Source: Antedon mediterranea (lineage: Eukaryota > Animalia > Echinodermata). From it: 64,000 nt of DNA. This document shows positions 24,360-36,470 of this stretch, piece after piece. The stretch spans positions 23,262,070-23,326,069 of the forward strand of contig NC_092671.1 in NCBI RefSeq assembly GCF_964355755.1, given 5' to 3'. The notes below the pieces were generated by a model. It was given only the letters and a program-made list of their open reading frames with translations. It made no database searches and had not been told where the DNA came from. The translations under genes were made by a program, and so were the position numbers. How positions within the stretch are numbered: the stretch's first letter is position 1; the number at the start of each line of letters is the position of its first letter.

Positions 24360-26770
24360 GCGTATATGAATGTCAATCAATGATTTTCCAGATAAAAATG
24401 AACTAAACACCTGTGTATATGAATGTGAATCAACGATGTTCCAGATATAAATGAACTAAACACTTGTGTATATGAATGTGAATCAATGATGTTCCAGGTA
24501 TAAATGTACTAAACACTTGTGTATATGAATGTGAATCAACGATGTTCCAGATATAAATGTACTAAACACTTGTGTTATATGAATGTGAATCAACGATGTT
24601 CCAGGTATAAATGAACTAAACACTTGTGTATATGAATGTGAATCAATGATGTTCCTGATATAAATGTACTAAACACTTGTGTTATATGAATGTGAATCAA
24701 CGATGTTCCAGGTATAAATGAACTAAACACTTGTGTATATGAATGTGAATCAACGATGTTCCAGGTATAAATGTACTAAACACTTGTGTATATGAATGTG
24801 AATCAATGATGTTCCAGGTATAAATGTACTAAACACCTGTGTATATGAATGTGAATCAACGATGTTCCAGGTATAAATGTACTAAACACTTGTGTATATG
24901 AATGTGAATCAATGATGTTCCAGGTATAAATGTACTAAACACCTGTGTATATGAATGTGAATCAATGATGTTCCAGGTATAAATGTACTAAACACTTGTG
25001 TATATGAATGTGAATCAACGATGTTCCAGGTATAAATGTACTAAACACTTGTGTATATGAATGTGAATCAACGAGGTTCCAGATATAAATGTACTAAACA
25101 CTTGTGTATATGAATGCGAATCAACGATGTTCCAGGTATAAATGTACTAAACACTTGTGTATATGAATGTGAATCAACGATGTTCCAGGTATAAATGTAT
25201 TGACCATCTGTGTATATGAATGTGAATCAACGATGTTCCAGGTATAAATGTACTAAACACTTGTGTATATGAATGTGAATCAACGAGGTTCCAGATATAA
25301 ATGTACTAAACACTTGTGTATATGAATGTGAATCAACGATGTTCCAGGTATAAATGAACTAAACACTTGTGTATATGAATGTGAATCAACGATGTTCCAG
25401 GTATAAATGTACTAAACACTTGTGTATATGAATGTGAATCAACGATGTTCCAGATATAAATGTATTGACCATCTGTGTATATGAATGCGAATCAACGATG
25501 TTCCAGGTATAAATGTACTAAACACTTGTGTATATGAATGTGAATCAACGATGTTCCAGGTATAAATGTACTAAACACTTGTGTATATGAATGTGAATCA
25601 ATGATGTTCCAGGTATAAATGTACTAAACACTTGTGTATATATGAATGCGAATCAATGATGTTCCAGGTATAAATGTACTAAACACTTGTGTATATGAAT
25701 GTGAATCAACGATGTTCCAGATATAAATGTATTGACCATCTGTGTATATGAATGCGAATCAACGATGTTCCAGGTATAAATGTACTAAACACTTGTGTAT
25801 ATGAATGTGAATCAACGATGTTCCAGGTATAAATGTACTATTGTGTATATGAATGTGAATCAACGATGTTCCAGGTATAAATGAACTAAACACCTGTGTA
25901 TATGAATGTGAATCAACGATGTTCCAGGTATAAATGAACTAAACACTTGTGTATATGAATGTGAATCAACGATGTTCCAGGTATAAATGAACTAAACACT
26001 TGTGTATATGAATGTGAATCAACGATGTTCCAGGTATAAATGTACTAAACACTTGTGTATATGAATGTGAATCAACGATGTTCCAGGTATAAATGTACTA
26101 AACACCTGTGTATATGAATGTGAATCAATGATGTTCCAGGTATAAATGAACTAAACACTTGTGTATATGAATGTGAATCAATGATGTTCCAGGTATAAAT
26201 GTACTAAACACTTGTGTATATGAATGTGAATCAACGATGTTCCAGGTATAAATGTACTAAACACTTGTGTATATGAATGTGAATCAATGATGTTCCAGGT
26301 ATAAATGAACTAAACACTTGTGTATATGAATGTGAATCAACGATGTTCCAGATATAAATGTACTAAACACTTGTGTATATGAATGTGAATCAACGATGTT
26401 CCAGGTATAAATGAACTAAACACTTGTGTATATGAATGTGAATCAACGATGTTCCTGATATAAATGTATTGACCATCTGTGTATATATGAATGCGAATCA
26501 ATGATGTTCCAGGTATAAATGTACTAAACACTTGTGTATATGAATGTGAATCAACGATGTTCCAGATATAAATGTATTGACCATCTGTGTATATGAATGC
26601 GAATCAATGATGTTCCAGGTATAAATGTACTAAACACTTGTGTATATGAATGTGAATCTACGATGTTCCAGGTATAAATGTACTAAACACTTGTGTATAT
26701 GAATGTGAATCAATGATGTTCCAGGTATAAATGTATTGATCATTTGTGTTTCAATGATGTTAATGATATA
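24360..26770. repeat. 53-bp tandem minisatellite, about 45 copies
   Basis: Unit AAACACTTGTGTATATGAATGTGAATCAACGATGTTCCAGGTATAAATGTACT, head-to-tail with no spacers and degenerate edges. Confidence 0.95.
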
Positions 26771-28683
26771 AATGTTTAAAAAAATCAAATCCTGCAGGTT
26801 AAACTATTTCTTTTTACCTCATAAAAAGATATAGTTTTAATTAGATTTACACAAATAATACATTTTTCATATGTATTTATTATCTAACATGACTATTAAA
26901 TAATTAATAAGGAAGGTTTAATTATCTATAAAATAAATCTATTTTCATCATAATCGGTTAAGTATTTAATGAGTTACAACCTAGTATATAGTGGGTCAGT
27001 TTTTGTGCATATGTGAAAAAAAAAAAAAAAATATGGCTTTTTGCCTTAATTAACATAATAAATATGATATATCGCACATTTTTCTGAATTTTTTGCTAAA
27101 ATTCTATATTTTTGCTTAAAAAAGGTTATTTCATTACAGTAAAGTTAAAATAAAATTATTTTATTGAATAGATAATGTAAATAGCTATTAATCAACATTA
27201 TTTTCAACAAAATACATCAAATATTTATTAAGTTATGGACAATAAAGTGCATCACTATAAAATGGCGGCCATTTTTGACGCCATCTTGGATTTCAGGGTG
27301 ACCGCAGTAAATTTGCAACGGCACACCTCGTGATTATTTTGTCTCAGGGTATTAGCTAACAAAAAAAGTTGGTGTGCTGAGTGTGTAGAAACATGGCAAT
27401 AGGACCTCTCTATACAAGCTATTGGACCTCCGCTTATACATTAATTTAGCCAAATAATAGACCCAACCTAAAGTGTGTGTTACTGTGCGACTATACTGTC
27501 AATATAATGAAGAAAATAAAAAAATAAATATAAACAATTACTGACACATGTAATAAACCTTTTATCTCTTTTTGAGATTTGTGTTGTACGTTTTCACGCT
27601 GCTGCTCTAGCCCGCTACGTCCCATTAGGACTACTCAATCAGAAGCTAAAGCAAGCAGCAGTTATAGTTCTAAGGACGACAGTTTTGCGAAAATGGAAAC
27701 TCCCCTATAATTTATTGATTCCAGCTGCTACAGTAGACCCAAAAAAACTTCTGGGAAAAGAGTCTATTAGGACATATGTCATGCTAAAATTACAAATCCC
27801 AAAGCATTTCTGGTATATTCACTGTCAGATATTCATTGAATTATTATCGAAACAGTCCATTCAAGTTTGTGTTTGTAATAGGATACTTCACACTTGAAAT
27901 ATCTAGGGTGATGAAGTGACCCCCAGACTTGACCTTAGCAATAAAATTAACTAAGGCTATGTTCAGACCCATGGCGTTAGACCGTTTTAGCGTACAACGT
28001 TACTAGCAAGGTCACATTACAAACCGCAGAGAAAAAAATGAGGTGTTCAGACCCATAGCGTACGATTATCGTTACAACGGAAGTGCGCCATTCAGGTTGT
28101 TTCTAGTTGCATATTCATGTGCTCTTTACCCACGTGTTTTCATCATTATTTCCACTGTATATAGGCCTAGATCTCAGCCCTAAAACAATGATGACAAAAT
28201 TTGCCGTAAATAAAACATACCTCAGCATTTATTTAAGAAAAATATACTAAAGCCAAATTTCTGTTTCTATTGTTTTTATTTTGTATTAAAAAACATTTTC
28301 CCCAGGCTCTTGTGTTACGAAAATAAAGCAGGCCTCCTAATGATGAAGAAAAAATTGATTGTGATTAGTCTATCCAGTCCAGTCAAAGATATATATTCTT
28401 TGGTCCAGTCTGTTGAAAATAACCCTTAACTTGCTAATAAAAAAAACACAGCTCCCCTTGATTGTTTACTGAATTTTTTAGGAGTTAGGGGGTTTTCAGC
28501 ATAAAACTTGTCCAGTCTAGTCTGCCTTGTATATGAATGAGTGACTTGACGTCCCACTTTAGTCTTTTAGCTTGAATGAAATGCGTGAATGGCTCTAGCC
28601 TAGGCCTAAAAGCGGACGGGATCGTAGTCCCTATGTTTAAATACAAGGTGCATGTATTTATGCCATTTGTTAGAAAATATAAT

Positions 28684-29457
28684 GGCGCTACTGCAGTTTC
28701 GCACCACACCGTTATATCTTCGATTTCTCACCTAAATTTTTCTTTTTCACACTCACAACATAATATTATGTAACATGTTTATACGATTCGACCACTTACG
28801 AAGTAATTTTTTTTAAATAACAATACTTTTCAAAACATTTTAAACAATACTGAACTCGATGTCAACACACTGCGAAATGTTCGCCATCTTATATTTATCA
28901 CTTAATTGCCAGAATGTATGCTTCATTTTCCCCAAAAAATGTAGAAACTATAGAGGCCAGTGTAATAAAATCCGATTACACATATATAGGCCTAGGCCTA
29001 TTTAGTTTTGAAAGGCAAGAAATATTTTCAGCTGGCGAAAGAGAGGTTTAATTAATATTTCATTATTAATATTAGTATTATTATTCATATTAATAGGTCC
29101 TATCAATGTTTTATGTACAGACTCATATCGTCGCCGTTTTGATATGTACAGTGAGCTAGCTGGTTCTTTATATTATAAAAACCACTCTTTGCAGTTTAAA
29201 AATAAAAACAGAAAATAAAACATGCATTGATTTCTGGCAATTTTCTGATTCTAAAATGGCCACAGTTCGATCGAGGTATTCGCGGAAATAGAGCTGTTTT
29301 GAAAGGCATTTTTTATTGTGATAAAGGTAAATATAACGGTGGCTAAATCATGGAAACATGTTACATAATGGCCCAAAATTGTATGATGTGGGTGTGAGAA
29401 AAAAATTAAGCGATAAATCGAAGATTTAACAGTGTGGTGCGAAACTGCAGTAGCGCC
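28684..29457. mobile_element. PHIS-group MITE with AAT TSD
   Basis: Perfect 26-bp TIR GGCGCTACTGCAGTTTCGCACCACAC; AAT on both sides. Confidence 0.85.
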
Positions 29458-29529
29458 AATATAATGGTAATCAGTTGGTGGTGGTTTGTAGCCTTTGTAT
29501 AACAGTTGTATTTGTAGTCTAGTTAGGTC

Positions 29530-30127
29530 TTATTACCTCCGCCAAGGAGGTTATGTTTTCACCCCTGTATGTTGTGTGTGTGTTTGTGTGTGTGTTTGTG
29601 TGTGTGTCTGTGAACAGCCTGGAGGCCACAGTTTTTATCCGATTCTAACCAAATTTGGACACAATGATCTATGCCCAAAAAGCTCGGACGAGTTCGAATT
29701 TGAGGGGGAAAGGTCATAGGTCAAGGTCACAACTAACAAAAAACTATTTTACTGCCTAGAGACCACAGTTTTGATCCGATTCTCACCAAACTTAGCCACA
29801 ATGATCAATGACACATCATATAATTGTGGTTAAATTTTTAAGGGTCAGGGTCAAAGATCAAGGTCCACAAAAAAAAAAAAAATAAATAAAAAAATAATAA
29901 AAAAAAAAAACCCCTCAGTGGGACTTGAACCAGCTATCTCAACTGTGAGAGGCTGGATACATAACCATTACACCACACTGTCATCCACAACTTTGTAGTG
30001 TGCAGTTAACATATTTACACTTAGAACTAATAAAAAAAAATGTAAAAAAAAAAATATTCAGGGGGCATTTTATGTAGGGGAATTTTACAGTAGGCGGAGG
30101 TTTGTACTCTCGGAGTACCCTCTAGTT
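29530..30127 (+). mobile_element. Helentron/DINE-1-like non-autonomous element, copy 1
   Basis: Starts TTACCTCCGCCAAGGAGG, has a (GT)n microsatellite, 3' subTIR GGCGGAGG, hairpin GTACTC-TCG-GAGTAC and a CTAGTT end. Confidence 0.8.
29911..29982 (-). other. Degenerate tRNA-like sequence (Pol III A/B boxes) inside the Helentron; second copy at ~40901-40971
   Basis: TGGTGTAATGG A box, GGTTCAAGTCC B box and a CTCTCAC anticodon-loop-like segment, but poor stems. Confidence 0.5.
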
Positions 30128-30719
30128 TTAATTTTATTCTGGCCTTTTTGTTATTGAAATCCATCTCACACATTGACGGTACAAGATGTTAGTCTAGGTC
30201 AAACCTTCGCGTCATAACAGGAAACGTTCTGATTGGATACAACGTTGACTTACAGTAGCGTCGTACGCTAAAATGGTACTATCAACCGTTTTCCACTACA
30301 ACGCTACAACCGTTGTACGACGCGTCGTACGCTAATCCCTAACTGTTCAGACACACATTTTTTTTCAGGTAAAATAACTATTATGTGACAATAAAATGAT
30401 GACACATTTAAAAACATTTGAAATAAAAAATATTTTTTCAATAAGCCAGCAGCGTTTTTTGTAAGAAATATTTCTTGTTTATATCTAGAGAAATTAATGT
30501 GATTATATGTTATCGTATTATATCATATCAGGGCCTCCCTCAGATGAATGACTCCCCCGAAAAATAAAGAATCCGGCCATTTATTCGAATAAATAGGCTA
30601 CGCTATAATTTTTCATACCTTACCGTCTGAGTGGCAGATCAACGAATTCCCAACGAAATAAAAAAGAAAAACATAGGCCTATTTCTTTTATAGACGCAAG
30701 TGTTAATAATTCGTAATGT

Positions 30720-30928
30720 CAATTCGGCAATATGTCGACGAAATAGTTGTCGGCGAAATGTCTTGTCGGCCAGTTGTCTGTCGGTTAATTGTCTGTCGGC
30801 GAAATATCCTGTCGGCGAAATGTCCTGTCGACCAAATATCCTGTCGGCTAAATGTCTGGTCGGCAAAAGGTCTGTCGGCTAAATGTCTGTCAACGAAATG
30901 ACATTCGGCAAAATGTCCTAGTACCACT
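30720..30928. repeat. ~15-bp subterminal tandem repeats of a Mutator-like element end
   Basis: Repeated TGTCGGC(G/T)AAAT units ending in GTCCTAGTACC. Confidence 0.55.
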
Positions 30929-31560
30929 ACATACACACTCTGAGAGAGAGAGTTGATCTAGGAGGAACACATGATTATCTGATGAGGAGATGCGTGGTGA
31001 GAGTGTGCAGGTGGGTGGGGGTTTTTGAGGCCGGTGGTCGAGCCAGTATCAATTATTCTGTTGTGTGGCAATGCCTGGTAGATTAAATGAACAGAATCAA
31101 TCATTTTTATTTTGCGTTAGAAATTGTTTCCACAATAAAGACGATGTAAATTCAAGGAAAAAGTATATGCCAAGACACAAAAGCATTTTACTAGGTTACG
31201 CTAGGCCTAGGCTATATGTTGCCATAGATTATACTTTATAGGCTAGGACTAATAATTAATTGTAATTTCATCAGGACTAGTGTGTAACCCAAATAATTGC
31301 ATTCTTCTGGGCATCATTTTTAGGTGCTCAGAAATCGATTGAAACAACCTATAAATTACTAGGAGCCGAATGAATGTTGCTACTAAAAAAATTGGTGTGG
31401 CTACCAAAAATTATTATGAGCCATCATAAAAATTTGATAGTGCTACCAAGTGAAAAAGTTAATTTGCTGCCCTGAAATGTGACTTTTCTACAGGAGAAAA
31501 GTTGTGGCCATGTCCTCGAGGGCCACGCCATGTTGTTTACCTTTGATATGTAATATAAAC

Positions 31561-31830
31561 GGGTGCTGGTCAACCCGTACCCAAACCAACCCGTATCCAT
31601 GCCAACTCGTACCCAAATAATTGGTCAACTCGTACCCACTTTGGCTAACACGTACCCAAACCAACCCGTACCCATGCCAACTCGTACCTAAATATTTGGC
31701 TTACTCGTACCCAAGTATTTGGCTTACTCGTACCCATTATTTTGCTTACTCGTATCCATTATTTGGCTTACCCGTACCTATTTTTGGCTTACACGTACCC
31801 ATTATTTGGCATACTCGTAACCAATTTGAA
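31561..31830. repeat. Subterminal tandem repeats of another Mutator-like element end
   Basis: Starts GGGTGCTGGT; repeated AACTCGTACCC / TTGGCTTACTCGTACCC units. Confidence 0.55.
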
Positions 31831-33099
31831 TAATTACTTGCAATGATTTGATCAGCTTTTGCCGTATGAATATTTTTATATTTAAATTGTTTTTTTATTT
31901 TACAGGTCTCGGTGAAATGTGTGCTAATAAAAATGACCATTGATTTGATTGTAAACTTCATTTAATTATTTGTTAACATTTAATTAAATGTAGTATTATA
32001 GTTTTATAAACGTATGTTTGATGTTTTTTTTTTATTTACGTAAAAAAATATTTGAACTGTTGTATATTTAGTATTACAATTCAATTAGGCCTAAGCCCAG
32101 GTAAAGTACCAACAACGTATAATTTTTATACTTATCAATTTTTATTCTTATCATCTAATTATCTTCCCTGATTACATTCGATCAAGTAATTATTATTTCT
32201 ATTGTATCAATGGTATATTTAAAATTGGTTGAATTAACACGCCCTGTTTTAAGCAAAAAGCCTGCAGGGCTATGGGGTTGAATTACTTGTGTTACGTGTT
32301 TTTGCTGACCGGGATTAACCTTTTTTTATAAAAAAAAAGGCATTTATAGGACGTCAAAGAGACGACTCAGTAATGACATATGATCGCTTTTCATATATTT
32401 TATTTATTAATAATTCAGTGAAAGGCAATTAAACATTTTGGCAGATTTTCTTCTATAACAGCTACGTGTTTTTGCTCACTGAGGATTCCTCTTATATTTT
32501 AAAAAAAACGCATTTGTAAGGGTCCATTTGTAGTGTGTCCAAAAATAGACAACGCAATGTGGCGTATGATCGTTTTCTATTTATTTTTTTCCTTAAATAA
32601 TTCAGTAAAAGTATCTGTTTGTTTACGGTAATTAAACATTTTTGGTAGATGTTTCCTCAATAACTTACAGCTACGTGTTTTTGCTGACGAGGGATTCAAT
32701 TTTTTTTTTTAAATACGCATTCTATAATGTGTCAATTAAGACAAATGAATGAACTACAATCGTTTTTCGATGGCAACGGATGTCGTCTTATTTACTAAAA
32801 TAATATAAACGTTCTGAAGGCCTACGTACACTTGTCTGACTAATTCCGTGTACTACTATTCGTAGTAAATAATAGATTAATAACTATTCATAAATGAAAA
32901 AAAAAAGAATGCAGCACAGCCGACCACTGACATCTTCCATGTAAAACAGCACCCTCAAGTATTAACTTGACCAAATACAACGTACCCAAATACGATGAAA
33001 GCTGTATTCATATACAGTAAACCTGACATATCAGATGCATGATGGGCATGAAATATTTTTTCAAACAAAGGTCAGTTTGTTGAAGCCTAGCTTTTTACA

Positions 33100-33641
33100 A
33101 ACATAAGTTTCCGACACATTTTCGTCTAATTTTTTGCAAGCTACACATCTGAGATGGCAGACTAAGCTCCCGATAAACGCCGGTGCTCGCAAGAATGCAA
33201 ATTCCAAGTCACTTTCGGGATGTTTTTTTTAACATTCTCAATGAACAAACAGCAGCGACGACGCTGTCGGGGCAGCTCCCGGTAGGCCTAGGCCCCACAT
33301 GGTCATCGTCGGATGAGTCCGTCTACTAATTTATTCGTAATTTCGAAATCGGTCATTCATAATGGTTAGGTTTTGTCTCATTTTGAAGAGAAGAAATAGG
33401 TTCTGATGAAGAGATATAGTTTTATTCATGAATTATTTAGCAATTTTATGCATTTGGTAGTCAAAGATAAATTTAAAAATGTTGAATAGTTTTCCTAAAA
33501 TTTTTCTAAAATTTTCATTTTCATTTTCATTTCCTTGGCATTATTTTTTGAATTTCTGTCTCTAGAAAATAAATTATGGTTAATTATGTGACATGTGCTT
33601 TTTAGGTCCCAGGGAGAAAAATAAACTTAGGGGTCAATGGG
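33100..33641. mobile_element. piggyBac-like element right end (left boundary unknown)
   Basis: ...GGGGTCAATGGG|TTAA terminus; no partner TIR was seen. Confidence 0.4.
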
Positions 33642-33958
33642 TTAAATGCCTATCATAACATTCCAACAAGCTCATGTTCAACTAGTAGCAGCCTAGCCGA
33701 TTCAAAATCATCTCTGTAACAACACATAAATCCTGTCACCCACTGGATGTACAAAAAAAAACACCTAAAAACACCTTATCAATGGGAGATGATCAGGTTG
33801 CTAAAACAAAAGTGATTTGAGAGTACTGTAGTTAGTAGTCTTTCAAAGGATTAATGGAAGAAAAAAAAGAAAAAAAGAAAAAAGTAAAAAAGGAAATAGA
33901 AAACAGAATCCATTCAGCTCCGGCAGGAAAGATATTAAAGCCGGCACTAAATGTTTAC

Positions 33959-34103
33959 CTTTATTGGTACATATAGGACATTCCTCAGTGGCAAACATAC
34001 ATGTGAAGCATCTTGCATGTCCACACGAATCTGTTAATCTGCGTTTTTTACCTCGATCATATGGTTGTTGACAAACAGGACATTCAATTGGATTTTCTTC
34101 CAT
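33959..34103 (-). CDS. TANC: Coding exon with N-terminal RING finger of a TANC/rolling pebbles-like scaffold protein
   Basis: ttcattgtAG|ATG...AAAG|GTAAAC splice sites. The 145 nt encode MEENPIECPVCQQPYDRGKKRRLTDSCGHARCFTCMFATEECPICTNK, matching the CPxC..DxGKKRxLxDxCGHxRCxxC..CPxC RING of Drosophila Rols7/invertebrate TANC. Confidence 0.85.
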
Positions 34104-34612
34104 CTACAATGAATATTTATACAGTTATTAATTGTGATAATATTCTCCAACTGTATAGTACCAGTAAGAATTACTACCCCTTTTTGGAACACGAATGGCG
34201 TGTTCGTGTAATTTGCTTCCAGGGTACCTTTACTTGGTGCTATGAATGCTATTTAATTTATCACGCTGCTGCTTAGCCCGCTACGTCACAAGAGATGACT
34301 CATTTATAAGCTGAAAGCATGCAGTAGTTATAGTACTAGACACTGACGTTTTTGCTAAAATACAATAAGAAGTAAAATACAATAAGAATTCATACTTTGA
34401 TATGTCATAATTGTGCAAAAAAAAATACTGAATCTGTAAATGATGATGTGCTTATTATTGCTAAGGTCAAGTCTAGGGGTCACTTCATCAAGCCTAGATG
34501 CTTCAAGTGTCAACAAATTGTATCCTATTACAACCAAAAACTTTACTATTATTACTGTATGAACTGTTTTGATAATAATTCAATGATTATCTGACAGCGA
34601 ATTACAGTATTA

Positions 34613-35217
34613 TTTTCACGCTGCTGCTCTAGCCCGCTACGTCCCATTAGGACTACTCAATCAGAAGCTAAAGCAAGCAGCAGTTATAGTTCTAAGGACA
34701 GACAGTTTTGTGAAAATGGAAACTCCACTATGATTTATTGATTCCAGCTGCTACAGTAGACCCAAAAAACGTCTGGGAAAGAGTCTATTAGGACATGTCA
34801 TGCATGCTAAAATTACAAATCCCTAAGCATTTCTGGTATATTCACTGTCAGATATTCATTGAATTATTATAGAAACAGTCCATTAAAGTTTGTGTTTGTA
34901 ATAGGATACTTCACAATTGAAATATCTACAGTAGGGTGATGAAGTGACCCCCAGATTTGACCTTAGCAATAAAATTAACTAAAGTGACAGAAATTGAGTA
35001 TTCACTTCTGTAACAAAAAAATAATATTTATTCACATATAAAAAAAGTAAAGAAACCCAAAAACCATTGTCTGACAGACAATTTAAGTATTTGTTGCTTT
35101 AAATTACATTTTTTTCAGGTAAAATAACTATTATGTGACAATAAAATGATAAACAGTTGAAATAAAAAATATTTTTCAATAAGCGAGCAGCGTTTTTTGT
35201 AAGAAATATTTCTTGTT
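34613..35217 (+). mobile_element. Non-autonomous Helentron family A (complete copy; others at ~15274, 27591-27954+30355-30480, 34257, 58695; isolated 3' end at ~18760-18790)
   Basis: 5' subTIR ACGCTGCT, 3' subTIR AGCAGCGT, 3' hairpin AAGAAAT/ATTTCTT then GTT, inserted in T-runs. Confidence 0.7.
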
Positions 35218-35294
35218 TTAGATTGAGAGTCAAATGGGACTCATTGTAAATACCAAAAAATAATGTTTTGATTATTTGACACTGAATTATTATA

Positions 35295-36470
35295 ACTATC
35301 TAGTTCATGACCACAGATGGTTCTCGAATACATAGTAATTTCAGCGTAAAAAAACTGGCAAATTCAAATGTACGTACGGCAGGACTATAAAACATTGTCA
35401 TTTACAGAAACAAATAAATAGACACAATGATTTATGTAGTCAACCAAAATTAGCACCAAGAAACTTGTCACAAAATGAGTCGAAATTTGTTACTTGGACT
35501 CATTTAAACAAACCCAATTTTGTTAAATTATTCTTTATATTTCTTTATTATCCAATCAGTAACGAAATATTTTTTTTATAGGCCTATAAATAATATACCA
35601 CTAAATAGAGTAAAACATTTCCGATTTAATACTTCATTAAAACTATCACTGTCTCATGGTCGATTGAAATAGTAAAGTACATTTAAAGACCACTAATACG
35701 TTTATATTTTTGTAATTATTAATTAATACAAACGTTGAGAAACAACTGACAGTAATAAAGTATTATATTATTATGTGTTTATAATCTAAAAGTAGGGGCT
35801 ACCCACACTCACGGTGATAAAGTTTATTAGTATATTTGTTTATATTATATCTAACAGTACCAACACACTTTTGATTCAAATGGCGATCAAAAGTGGTTAA
35901 TACCTATTTGCAGTATTGTATAGCATTACAATACTATTTCTGTTTATTCTCCAAGGGTCTATAAATTTACCTACTTGTGTTAAACCATGGAGGTATGCAA
36001 TAATTTGGAATGTTCCATTCATTGCAAATCAATACATTTCTATAAACGTATATTAAATCTATCAAAATAGTATTTTTTAAAGAAAATCATTCAACATTAT
36101 GATGCTGTACTCGAGCTGTTCAACCGGTTTTCAGCCATTAAAAACAGTTATCGTAGGAGGAGATAGGAAAATGCGAAGCATCCTCGTATTATTGTATGCG
36201 GGTATTTTTCACGATGGACATGTATTAGACAGTGTATACCACGATCGGAAAACACCCCTATTTGGGGCAAATCGTTGAACCTAAATTCGTTTTAATTGTC
36301 AATAACTAATTATCTGACTCAATTTAATTAGTAAACAGGGTTACATCAGGTGGTTAAAATCAGTACCGAAAGTACGAACCAACTTTATATACCATCGAGT
36401 AAACATTCTAGAAGTAACGCGCGATTTACCGAATTTTGGGACGTACCTGGCTAAAGCAGCAGCGTGAAAA
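35295..36470 (-). mobile_element. Family B copy with the terminal hairpin deleted
   Basis: Inverted match to 10357-11600. The end reads ACTATCTAG. The opposite end carries the TTTTCACGCTGCTGCT start also seen in family A. Confidence 0.7.

Larger units (their letters stand above)
22108..27412 (+). mobile_element. Internally deleted Academ (AcademX-type) transposon; boundaries approximate
   Basis: TAG..CTA ends with weak inverted similarity (TCTACA..TCAGC..TTTGTT..CCTGA). Contains an XPG+Cys8 ORF remnant, a 53-bp array and a Tc2 end at 22709. The TSD was not confirmed. Confidence 0.6.
27955..30352. mobile_element. Truncated Harbinger-like element splitting a family A Helentron
   Basis: TAA|GGCTATGTTCAGAC left end with internal TGTTCAGAC repeats. 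The right TIR is absent and about 120 bp of the host repeat is missing compared with 34985-35105. Confidence 0.5.

Noticed and set aside
24360-26770. CRISPR-like array next to a nuclease ORF
   Set aside because: The units are contiguous near-identical 53-mers with no unique spacers, and the nuclease is an Academ XPG remnant in a eukaryotic intron.
29495-29719. Duplicated small ORF containing (CV)n (also 39243-39641)
   Set aside because: It is a translation of the Helentron GT microsatellite.
30639-30936. Overlapping Cys/Arg-rich ORFs (also 31621-31833, 44779-45148, 26337-26531)
   Set aside because: These are artefacts of short tandem repeats.
33843-33958. Hydrophobic C-terminal tail of ORF 33843-34103
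   Set aside because: It is read-through into the intron past the GTAAAC donor.
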